Shown one piece after another: positions 28,273 to 35,931 of a DNA stretch of 35,931 bases. The stretch covers positions 1 through 35,931 of the forward strand of contig JBDRWI010000019.1 in the NCBI GenBank assembly GCA_039802265.1, read 5' to 3'. Position 1 is the first letter of the stretch. Each line of letters opens with the position of its first letter. The notes beneath the pieces are model-generated. The model was not told where the DNA came from. It saw only the letters and a list, made by a program, of their open reading frames with translations, and made no database searches. Source of the stretch: a candidate division WOR-3 bacterium. Its GTDB lineage: Bacteria > Hydrothermota > Tepidihabitantia > SM23-42 > JAOAFX01. The translations under genes were made by a program, and so were the position numbers.

Positions 28273-29553
28273 CTCATCTTTACTCCTCGGAGTTAAATAT
28301 CCCACAGTCCGGTTGTCTTTTATAAAATATTTATTAGCAACTCGCATTATATCTTCTTTAGTGACACCCATAATCTCTTTCGGATACTCATTTATGCCGC
28401 GCCAGTTTCCACCCTCAATCTCCCAGAACCCCAAACTAAAACCGATACCCATTGGTGAATCCTGTCGAAAGACGAATTGGGCAAGAACCTGATTCTTTGC
28501 CCTTTCCATTTCTTCCAGGGTAAAATCTCCATCTTTTAACCTTGATAATTCAGAATCAATTGCTGATTCTAAAAGACCAATTTCAACACCAACCTGTGGT
28601 ATCCCAAAAATCACAAAACTACCACCGTATTTCGTGGCTGAAGAATATGCCCAGATGCTTGAGGCAAGCCCCTTCTGTTGTATAATGACCTTTTCAAATC
28701 TTGAAGTCTTGCCATATGATAGGATTCGGGCAATAATATCAATCGGATATGAATCTTTGTTGTTTATCGGAACTGTATGGTAATGGATAGCAAGCGCCGC
28801 ACTTATGACATCCTTATAAACTTCAAACCTGCGCTCGCCATTCTGGGGTGGCTCAAAAAATTGTTCTTCTTTTACGGGATTACCTCTTATACGTCCGAAA
28901 TGTTTCTTTACCTGGCGCAGTACCCCTTTATTATCCACATCTCCGGCGATAACAATCAGGGCATTTGCCGGATTATAAAACTTTTTATACCATCTGTAAA
29001 CATCATCCCGGGTTATCCTTTCAATATCGGACATAAATCCAATAATCGGCTGGCGGTATGGATGATAGGTATAACTTAAAAGGTCAAGCGTCTCAAAGAG
29101 ATTACCATATGGGTCGTTTTCTTCAAGTCTCCTTTCTTCTATTACCACATTCTTTTCCGAAGAAAAATCTGCCGGTGCAATCAAAAGATTCTCCATACGG
29201 TCAGCCTCCAGTTCAAGGGCAATTTCATAACGGTCCTTTTGCAGATTAGCCCAGTAGACCGTCTGGTGGATAGAGGTAAACGCATTCTCCTCTCCCCCGT
29301 TCTCATCAATGATCCGGTCATACTCCTTGGGACCGTACCTTTTGGTTCCCTTAAATGCCATATGCTCAAGGAGATGGGAAATACCCGTCATTCCCACTGG
29401 TTCATTATATGAGCCAATTCTGTAGTGTATCTGGACTGCCACAACCGGAGCGAAGTGCTCTTCATAAACAATTACCTTAAGACCGTTCTTTAATATATAC
29501 TCCGAAACCTCCACGGGCTTAAAGACAAATAAAAGGAAAAGGGTTAATGTCAT
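28234..29553 (-). CDS. M16B zinc peptidase, catalytic subunit
   Basis: HLLEHMAFKGT inverted zinc motif, NAFT, EKNVVIEERR, YNPANA. Confidence 0.93.
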   Translation of the reverse strand: MTLTLFLLFVFKPVEVSEYILKNGLKVIVYEEHFAPVVAVQIHYRIGSYNEPVGMTGISHLLEHMAFKGTKRYGPKEYDRIIDENGGEENAFTSIHQTVYWANLQKDRYEIALELEADRMENLLIAPADFSSEKNVVIEERRLEENDPYGNLFETLDLLSYTYHPYRQPIIGFMSDIERITRDDVYRWYKKFYNPANALIVIAGDVDNKGVLRQVKKHFGRIRGNPVKEEQFFEPPQNGERRFEVYKDVISAALAIHYHTVPINNKDSYPIDIIARILSYGKTSRFEKVIIQQKGLASSIWAYSSATKYGGSFVIFGIPQVGVEIGLLESAIDSELSRLKDGDFTLEEMERAKNQVLAQFVFRQDSPMGIGFSLGFWEIEGGNWRGINEYPKEIMGVTKEDIMRVANKYFIKDNRTVGYLTPRSKDEPHTLPSPLKGED

Positions 29554-29573
29554 GATATCCTCCGTATAATTTT

Positions 29574-30833
29574 CTATCTTGCCAGAATTGCCGTTTTCTT
29601 TGCCTTTGTTATCTTATTGTGATACTGATATTCAAGATAGACAATGTACATTCCAGTCTGTGCCTTAACCCCTTCTTTTTCCCCACTCCAGAAACATGTA
29701 CCCTTAGTCTCTTCCACCGATTCCTTTTTAAAAATATCACAAAATCTCTTCCCCCGGGCATCAAATACAGCAATCAAAAGTTTCCCACCGGGTTCGGGTA
29801 GCCGATAGTCAATCTGCAGATAATCATTTTTCCCATCGTTGTTGGGAGTAAAGATGACTGGTGATAATGATAATTCGCCTATCTTGCCAAGGACCTTGAG
29901 TATCTTGAGACAGAGGTTGTTTGTCAAATCTTTATCAGCATCAAATTCCACATAAAATCCAAGGACATGTTCCCCCTGAGCTGGCTTATTCAGTTTGTAG
30001 TATAAAAATGTTGTATCAAAGGCACCGACATTTTCACCGGAAATTTGAATAATCAGTTCACCAGAATTAAAAGTGGAATCTTTATTTAAGTCCTCAAAAA
30101 TTTTTAGTTGATAATCGCTCGTAGACCTCAATCCCTTATTTATTACCCCGATTGTAATACTGGCATCTTCGCCGACCTTTAAGACCGCAGGTATGAATGT
30201 TATCAGGTCTTCGCTGAGGGCAAGGTCACAGGCATTTACTACACTATTCTCTTTACCCGGTGTGCAACCCGAAGGGTCAATTGATGGATACCAGTTGTAC
30301 ATAGAATCGGGCAAGGTCAATTCAATCCGTTCCCAAGAAATACCATCACCGGGGTCAAAGGGAAAGTTGTCTTCAATAAAAGGAGTCCCAAAACTCGTTG
30401 TACAACTATCGGCAATGGAAAAAAGAATCAAGGGGTCTTTTGTCGTAAGTTCATCACCGATGGATGTATCATCGGTGGTTAGGATTAGGGTTGAATCAGG
30501 TATTGAATAAGGCTGGCAGTTGATTGAATCGGGCACAATATACTCTCTATCCAAGATCAGGGCATAGGAATTGGGATAAATAATCGTTGAATGAATCCGG
30601 ACATTGGGATATTTAATTAGTATGGAATCGCTTTCCCAGGGGCAGATGGCATCTGCTGGTGCGTCAAAATCGCAGATAAAGTATGAAGAGAGGTCAATGG
30701 TATCAGAACTCAGGTTATAAATTTCCACGAACTCATTACGGTCACCATAGGGGTTTTCTGGACCTTTCACATCGGACATTACTTCGGTTATGACTATACG
30801 CGAGTTGGCAGTAAATATCAGAAATAAAAACAT
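29574..30833 (-). CDS. Exported lamin-tail-domain + CARDB-like protein with T9SS type B/FlgD-like C-terminal domain
   Basis: IVITEVM...EFVEIYN, TPG.ENS (LTD); DL.L...NN (CARDB); FTPNNDG.ND..VFD..G..W.G..G.YI. Confidence 0.8.
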   Translation of the reverse strand: MFLFLIFTANSRIVITEVMSDVKGPENPYGDRNEFVEIYNLSSDTIDLSSYFICDFDAPADAICPWESDSILIKYPNVRIHSTIIYPNSYALILDREYIVPDSINCQPYSIPDSTLILTTDDTSIGDELTTKDPLILFSIADSCTTSFGTPFIEDNFPFDPGDGISWERIELTLPDSMYNWYPSIDPSGCTPGKENSVVNACDLALSEDLITFIPAVLKVGEDASITIGVINKGLRSTSDYQLKIFEDLNKDSTFNSGELIIQISGENVGAFDTTFLYYKLNKPAQGEHVLGFYVEFDADKDLTNNLCLKILKVLGKIGELSLSPVIFTPNNDGKNDYLQIDYRLPEPGGKLLIAVFDARGKRFCDIFKKESVEETKGTCFWSGEKEGVKAQTGMYIVYLEYQYHNKITKAKKTAILAR

Positions 30834-30839
30834 GCTCTT

Positions 30840-30867
30840 ATTATAATGAAACGACCCAATGTGTCAA
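30840..30867 (-). promoter_or_regulatory. sigma70-type promoter, probably leaderless
   Basis: TTGACA-16nt-TATAAT, ATG 6 nt downstream at 30833. Confidence 0.7.
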
Positions 30868-31053
30868 GTTGTGGATTTCTGCCAAGTTTCAGGACTTGGT
30901 ATCCACCAGATGGTTTGTCGCATAAATCTAATTAGGGAATTACTGCTTAACGAATTAATCAGATGACAGCCAATTTTACGAATTAAAGATTTAAAATAGG
31001 AATTTTATTGGCCGAAAGTAGACAAATTGAAATTATTTTCCGATTTCTAATTT

Positions 31054-31425
31054 TTACCGATGATTATCTTTTTTGACTCTGTCTGGTTTCTTTTTAGACT
31101 CTTCTTTTTTGGGTGCGGTAAATTTTCTAAACAAATCCTTAAACTTGGTCTTGAGCTGTTTAATCTTTAACAGGTCATCTTCCCGCTGGTCATTTACATT
31201 ATTGGAATCTGCATCCTGAAAACGGTCATCTTTTTCAGTTTGATTTTTTATCTCCTCAATCTGCTGTATCTCTTCCTTCGTTCCGTCCCGGGGCTCATTT
31301 TCATTCAGCGGGTTTTGAATCCTGACATCGGGTTTATTATTCTTTAAATCATCATTTCTACTCACTGGCCTTACCGCAATTGATAGGCTAATAAGGAATA
31401 AAAGGGGTAATAGAAATCTTTTCAT
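31054..31425 (-). CDS. Small exported charged protein with a DxDxNxxND calcium-binding-like loop
   Basis: MKRFLL..SIA signal peptide, GGAGG upstream, FQDADSNNVNDQ. Confidence 0.7.
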   Translation of the reverse strand: MKRFLLPLLFLISLSIAVRPVSRNDDLKNNKPDVRIQNPLNENEPRDGTKEEIQQIEEIKNQTEKDDRFQDADSNNVNDQREDDLLKIKQLKTKFKDLFRKFTAPKKEESKKKPDRVKKDNHR

Positions 31426-31436
31426 ATTAACCTCCA

Positions 31437-31464
31437 ATTATAATAATATTATCACGACTGTCAA
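31437..31464 (-). promoter_or_regulatory. sigma70-type promoter
   Basis: TTGACA-16nt-TATAAT on the minus strand. Confidence 0.65.
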
Positions 31465-31472
31465 GAAGAGAT

Positions 31473-32111
31473 TTACCATGGCAATAGCCGTGCATAAATG
31501 CGCCTCTTTTCGTCAGGGTCAAGTCTTATTCGCCTCTGCAATGTCATATATCCGGTCTTCTTTATCCGAACGACATACTCACCGGGTTTCAGGACAATCG
31601 TCCTTGGTGTTACCCCAATATAAACTTCTTCGCCGGTGTTTACATCTTCAATGTATATCCGGCATCGCCTGGGTGTGGATATTATCCTCAACTTTGCTGG
31701 CTCTGGCTCTTCTATATTTATCTCAATCTCCTCTTTGATTACTCCCCCGCCCAATTCTTCTAATTTAGGCAGGGATTTTTGTGATGCAAGGACAACTATC
31801 CGCTCAGTTCCTTCGGGACCGGTTATTTCATAGTCAAAATCTGCATCTTCTGGAGGCAGTTCATAGACCTGATTTGCATGAACCAATCCCTTGTCCCCGG
31901 GTTGGGGGAAGAGAAGGGTTTCCCTTCCCCCAACCTCAATATCATATACCGCGATGTAGCAATCTTTATTTGCCTTAAAGAAGACCTTGAGTTTCTCACC
32001 CGGATAATAGATTGGTTCATCCTTATTGAACCAGACATCAACATTCAAAGAATCCCGCAGGGTATCCGCCGATTGGCTGAAGATAGAGAGGACCAAAAGT
32101 ATCCCGACCAT
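31473..32111 (-). CDS. DUF4384 + PEGA domain exported protein
   Basis: VW.N....Y.PGE.L.V.F..N.DCY....LLFP, GP.G.E.I..LAS; PEGA ISTP...IYI..G.TP...PGEY.V.I.K.GY. Confidence 0.85.
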   Translation of the reverse strand: MVGILLVLSIFSQSADTLRDSLNVDVWFNKDEPIYYPGEKLKVFFKANKDCYIAVYDIEVGGRETLLFPQPGDKGLVHANQVYELPPEDADFDYEITGPEGTERIVVLASQKSLPKLEELGGGVIKEEIEINIEEPEPAKLRIISTPRRCRIYIEDVNTGEEVYIGVTPRTIVLKPGEYVVRIKKTGYMTLQRRIRLDPDEKRRIYARLLPW

Positions 32112-32113
32112 TT

Positions 32114-33067
32114 CTAACTCCTATATCTTTTTACCTCATCGCCTGTTGGCTTATTCCGGTTATTATAATCATAGGGTGGAAGATTCTTGATTGGCTCTTT
32201 GTAATCTCTCGAACTCTGACTTTTGCCTCTTTTTTGGTTGTAATCTCTTTCTTCTGACCGATTACCCTTATTGTAAACTTCTCCTTCCTCCAACTTGCGA
32301 TACCTGTTCTCAGTATCCCCGTATTTCCGCTGTCTTTTTACAATCCGGCTCTTGCTTTCTCTATCACTAACTCCCTCTTTTAAGTATTGATTATGCTCAT
32401 CCCTCTTTATCGCATCTCGGGATTTAGCCTGATTCCCCTTTTCTTCATAATCAGCTCTCTTTGTAGTCCTCTGATATTCTTCACTTTTCGCTTTAATTTC
32501 CTTCTCTACCCTTGCCTGATATTCCTTTTGCATCCGCTCAAGATTTCCGCTTCGATACTCCTTCTCAAGGCGGCTATATAACTGCGGGTCCTTTTCTTTG
32601 GTCAACCGCATTACCTCCTTTTCTTTGTAAGGCAAATTTATCTCCCTCGGTGGTTTATCCGGCAGATTTACTCCGTATGTGCTTGCCTTATATCTGAATT
32701 CAGAATACGAATAGGGCAGTTTATACCGCACCCATCTCCCATAACGAGGTCGCCACCACCAGCATCCATCCTCATACCAGACAACATAGAAACCGGCACA
32801 AAAGAAGTGCCAGTCAAAGTGGTGACACCAGTGGCAGTGCCACCAATACCAATCCCACCACCAGGGATGATACCAGACATAATATACACAATAATAACCA
32901 TAGGGATAATAAACCCAGTAGCCATCACAACAGTATGATTCTGGCTCCCAGTATTCATCGCACCAGTATTCATCATCCCAATCTTCATCATAGTCACAAT
33001 AGATGAAGTTGACACTGAAGGCAAATAGTGGGATTGCAAGTAAGGTGAGCAATAGCAATTTCTTCAT
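32114..33067 (-). CDS. Exported Trp/Tyr/Cys-rich protein with a CxxCH motif and charged low-complexity tail
   Basis: AGGAGG SD, signal peptide, about 95 aa aromatic-rich region with 9 Cys including CHWCH, then a K/E/R-rich tail. Confidence 0.8.
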   Translation of the reverse strand: MKKLLLLTLLAIPLFAFSVNFIYCDYDEDWDDEYWCDEYWEPESYCCDGYWVYYPYGYYCVYYVWYHPWWWDWYWWHCHWCHHFDWHFFCAGFYVVWYEDGCWWWRPRYGRWVRYKLPYSYSEFRYKASTYGVNLPDKPPREINLPYKEKEVMRLTKEKDPQLYSRLEKEYRSGNLERMQKEYQARVEKEIKAKSEEYQRTTKRADYEEKGNQAKSRDAIKRDEHNQYLKEGVSDRESKSRIVKRQRKYGDTENRYRKLEEGEVYNKGNRSEERDYNQKRGKSQSSRDYKEPIKNLPPYDYNNRNKPTGDEVKRYRS

Positions 33068-33078
33068 GTTTCCTCCTT

Positions 33079-33849
33079 TTATTTTCTTCTTATCAATTCT
33101 GGATTACCCGGGTCAATCTGGTATGCCCAGTCAAAAATTGCATAGTCCGGGTTGATTGAAGTTACCCTGACCTTGGCAAAGTGATTGTCCCAGGTCCAGA
33201 TTACATAGGTATGTCCGATAATTGCCTCAACCATTCCTGAAGGGGACCAGCCGTCTTCCGGTGCATATCCAATCTCATCAAAGGAAGATGTATAGCCCAT
33301 ATCCTGAATCAGTGTTCCAGTTCGGCCCGCGAATAAATAATATGATCCATTTTGTTCGTGATATCCAAAATAGAAGTCGCAATAGGCGTAGTCATAAGGA
33401 ACTACTGTATAAGCGCTGAAATCCCAGCCGGCATAAGCCGGGTATTGGGTGTAATCAAAGACCTTTTCATTGAAGCCCTCAGGTCTGGGTGTATCAAAAA
33501 CCGTCTCGTAAGAGAGGTCACTCTCATTGTTATGGATGTCGTAGGCTGAGATTGCATAAAAATAGGTGTAGCCATTTACGAGGCCGTAGTCTAAGAAGTA
33601 GTCAAGATTCGTCTCGCCAATGAGATAATAAGGACCCTCTGGTGCTGGTCCCCGGTAAATCCGATAACCAGCAAGGTCAGGCTCGGTATTATGATACCAG
33701 GTGAGCATTACCTCTTCATCACCGGTAATTGAGGTTAAACCCCTTGGCACTGCGGGTGGCTCGTGGTCTTGCTCCTCATAACTGCAGGGGGCAAGCAGAA
33801 ACACACCAGCAAGAAGAAAGATTTTTAAGGAATTTTTTAGGTCTTTCAT
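33079..33849 (-). CDS. Lipoprotein: fibronectin type III domain + HmuY-like C-terminal domain
   Basis: LLAPC lipobox-like; PPAVP.GL...V.L.W...DLAGYRIYR...Y.Y.ISAYD...NES (FN3); GWDF..DF, YVIWT.DN.FAKVRV..FDWAYQ. The HmuY-like call is tentative. Confidence 0.75.
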   Translation of the reverse strand: MKDLKNSLKIFLLAGVFLLAPCSYEEQDHEPPAVPRGLTSITGDEEVMLTWYHNTEPDLAGYRIYRGPAPEGPYYLIGETNLDYFLDYGLVNGYTYFYAISAYDIHNNESDLSYETVFDTPRPEGFNEKVFDYTQYPAYAGWDFSAYTVVPYDYAYCDFYFGYHEQNGSYYLFAGRTGTLIQDMGYTSSFDEIGYAPEDGWSPSGMVEAIIGHTYVIWTWDNHFAKVRVTSINPDYAIFDWAYQIDPGNPELIRRK

Positions 33850-33872
33850 TTTTGTCTCCTGCCCTTGTTAAT

Positions 33873-33888
33873 TGCAAAAATCGTGCCC
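33873..33888 (-). promoter_or_regulatory. sigma54 -24/-12 promoter
   Basis: GGGCAC-GATTT-TTGCA, 23 nt upstream of the ATG at 33849. Confidence 0.75.
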
Positions 33889-33929
33889 GATAAAATCTTA
33901 TCAAATTTCGGCAGTTTTTTGATTTAGTC

Positions 33930-33955
33930 GCACAAAAATTGTGCTTTTTGCACAA
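33930..33955. promoter_or_regulatory. Overlapping palindromes, putative EBP binding site
   Basis: GCACAA-AAA-TTGTGC (GCAC-N7-GTGC, NtrC-box-like) overlapping TTGTGC-TTTTT-GCACAA. Confidence 0.5.
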
Positions 33956-34039
33956 ACCCTGTTTGATTTATCTTTTATGTAGCTTGAAATGGGAATATTT
34001 TTTAAAAAATTTTGTATTTATAAATTGTAGGAGGCAAAA

Positions 34040-35062
34040 ATGAAAAAAGGAATCTTGATTATCAGTGCCCTCATGTGTGGGGCAATGGCTGAAAATGTCA
34101 GTGGAATAATAGATAAATACATAAGCAGTATAGAGGTTGGTGCACCAGTTGAATACAAGAATCTAAAGATATTTCCCTTAAATATTGACGGACCTTTATC
34201 TGTGCGAAAATTCATCACTCTTGATGAAGCAATGGAAAAGGGATGGCTCAAGATAAGAGAAATTGGGACAGGGACGGTGAATTTCGTTGAGATAAAGAAT
34301 AATGGAGATGAACCGGTTTTTATTCTGACCGGTGAGATGATAACCGGTGCCAAACAGGATAGGATGATAAAGGCGGATGTCCTATTGCCACCAAACAGTA
34401 ACTGGATAAAGATTGAGGTCTACTGTGTTGAACACGGAAGATGGGTTTCTGTATCTTCGGAATTCAAATCGAGTGGACTGGTTGTTCCGAATGTGGTTCG
34501 TCAAACGGCAAAATTGAAAGAAAGTCAGACCGAGGTATGGGCTGAGGTGGCACGCACCCAGGATAAGCTTGGTATTTCTTCCGGCACTGGCACGGTCATG
34601 GCTAACTATGAAGATAAAGAGGTTCAAAAGATAGTGGCTAATTATAATAAGAACCTAAAAAAGATCCCAGAACTTTCAAAATCCACAATTGGTGTCGTTG
34701 TTACGACCCAAGACCGCATAATCTGTCTTGATATCTTTGCTAATAATTCCCTGTTAGATAAACTCTGGGATAAACTTGTAAAGTCTTATGTAATGGATGC
34801 AATTGAAGGAGGAAAGAGTTCAATTAATAAAAAAGAGGTTGAAGAGTTCATCAAGCAACTTAAGGAAGCAAAAGTTGTCTCTGTGGGAACACCAGGACTG
34901 GGTGATCTGCTGACCATTGAATCGAATGCAGGTAAAGGTTCTGCTCTTGTCTATGAAAATTCCCTGGTCCATATGGACTTCTTCCCCAGTGACCAAGGTT
35001 TGATAGACGATGACTCAGATTTGAGACTGGACTTCCGACGCGACCAGAGAATAAATGAATAA
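34040..35062 (+). CDS. ARPP-1 (DUF6569) family protein with signal peptide
   Basis: NL.IFPL, TLDEA, I.E....VN....N, GE...GAKQDR, V.CVE.GRW, Q..VW, KLVKSY..DA; AGGAGG SD. Confidence 0.8.
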   Translation: MKKGILIISALMCGAMAENVSGIIDKYISSIEVGAPVEYKNLKIFPLNIDGPLSVRKFITLDEAMEKGWLKIREIGTGTVNFVEIKNNGDEPVFILTGEMITGAKQDRMIKADVLLPPNSNWIKIEVYCVEHGRWVSVSSEFKSSGLVVPNVVRQTAKLKESQTEVWAEVARTQDKLGISSGTGTVMANYEDKEVQKIVANYNKNLKKIPELSKSTIGVVVTTQDRIICLDIFANNSLLDKLWDKLVKSYVMDAIEGGKSSINKKEVEEFIKQLKEAKVVSVGTPGLGDLLTIESNAGKGSALVYENSLVHMDFFPSDQGLIDDDSDLRLDFRRDQRINE

Positions 35063-35458
35063 TATAGTGGTCTCAATTATTCTATCAATTTGAATTTTTG
35101 ATAATTTACATTATCAGACATATCAAATCTTTCTGCATGTCAGGAAGTTTGGCGGAGAGAAGAGGATAGGTATTTATCTTTTCCACCCGTACCATAATCC
35201 TATCCCCACCATGAAGCGTAGCGGGGATTTGAATTATTATAAGTTTTTTAAAAATGAAAAGGGAGAGATTCACCGATAAACGAGGCTTATAAAATGGCAC
35301 GGACAACGAAACCGTATAACTTATAGACGATTCTGTTGAAATAATGACTAGTCAACATTTTTGACACAGAGTTAAAATTGTTGACTACCAAAATAGATTC
35401 AGACCAGACGTTTCCATTGTAGTAGCAACTCCAACCCGTAAAATACCCAAACCAACTT

Positions 35459-35668
35459 TTAATTTATAATTTTAAAAGCCTTGCCAAATCTTTTAGATTT
35501 TGTCTCAATGAACAAAAAGTATGTTTCCGATGGTAAGCCGTGGGTATCGAAATTTATTTTTGTATTTCCAGGTTGCCTATATCCTGCAAATATTGTTTTC
35601 ACTGATTGTCCAAGGAGATTGTAGATTTTGTATGTAAAACAGCCATTATTTATACTAAGAAAAACTTC
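35459..35668 (-). pseudogene. Orphan T9SS type A C-terminal sorting-domain remnant
   Basis: Hand translation EVFLSINNGCFTYKIYNLLGQSVKTIFAGYRQPGNTKINFDTHGLPSETYFLFIETKSKRFGKAFKIIN*; in-frame TAG immediately upstream, no ATG. Confidence 0.7.
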
Positions 35669-35717
35669 CTATGGATTTAATAAAAAATCCAAGGTATTGA
35701 GTCTGATTTTTCTCTTT

Positions 35718-35931
35718 GAAAGGAGGTGATCCAGCCGCACGTTCCCGTACGGCTACCTTGTTACGACTTAGCCCCAGTCACCGACCCTACCTTGATCCCG
35801 CAAAAGCGGAACTTCGGGTATTGTCGGCTCCCATGGCTTGACGGGCGGTGTGTACAAGACCCGAGAACGTATTCACCGCAGCATGCTGATCTGCGATTAC
35901 TAGCGATTCCGGCTTCATGCGGGCGAATTGC
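35718..35931 (-). rRNA. rrs: 16S rRNA, 3' end (partial, runs off the window)
   Basis: Minus strand has TGTACACACCGCCCGTC, AAGTCGTAACAAGGTAGCC and the anti-SD GGATCACCTCCTTTC. Confidence 0.99.

Noticed and set aside
30871..30906. Hairpin GTGGAT..CCAAGT-TTCAGG-ACTTGG..ATCCAC as ncRNA or terminator
   Set aside because: Single imperfect stem with no clear U-tract or other support.
591..34627. Numerous short antisense or overlapping ORFs in the track (e.g. 2595-2984, 4767-5135, 20199-20552, 32668-33039)
   Set aside because: They are shadows of well-supported genes, with no motifs or RBS.
35106..35306. 66-aa ORF downstream of the 16S
   Set aside because: TTG start, no RBS and no motif; more likely part of the decayed region.

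Overview
Bacterial chromosomal window from a diderm, AT-rich organism. BamA/Skp/LolA and T9SS-like C-terminal domains point to an FCB-group-like lineage such as WOR-3; this is inference, no search was run. Left part: a DUF523/DUF1722 gene, then minus-strand envelope/housekeeping genes (lolA, PaaI thioesterase, rimO, putative OM protein, TPR protein, divergent tryptophanase-like lyase; clpC-bamA-skp). Centre: a type IV pilin locus with a sigma54 response regulator, a sigma54 and a sigma70-type promoter, a long structured leader, a pilin with five N-X-S/T sequons, a small lipoprotein and an archaeal-AglB-like STT3 oligosaccharyltransferase whose WWDYG motif reads FWGDG. It converges with a PilH/PilI-like ABC operon interrupted by a GIY-YIG nuclease/palindromic-repeat cassette. 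Right part: OM/lipoprotein pair, SAM hydrolase, CvpA, PAS-GAF-HD-GYP, an M16 peptidase pair, an LTD/T9SS-type protein, a sigma54 operon (FN3/HmuY-like lipoprotein, Trp/Tyr/Cys-rich CxxCH protein, DUF4384-PEGA), an ARPP-1 protein, a T9SS-CTD gene remnant and the 3' end of an unlinked 16S rRNA gene. Nine housekeeping-type promoters all have a 16-bp spacer, and several imply leaderless mRNAs. All family calls come from visual motif recognition only.
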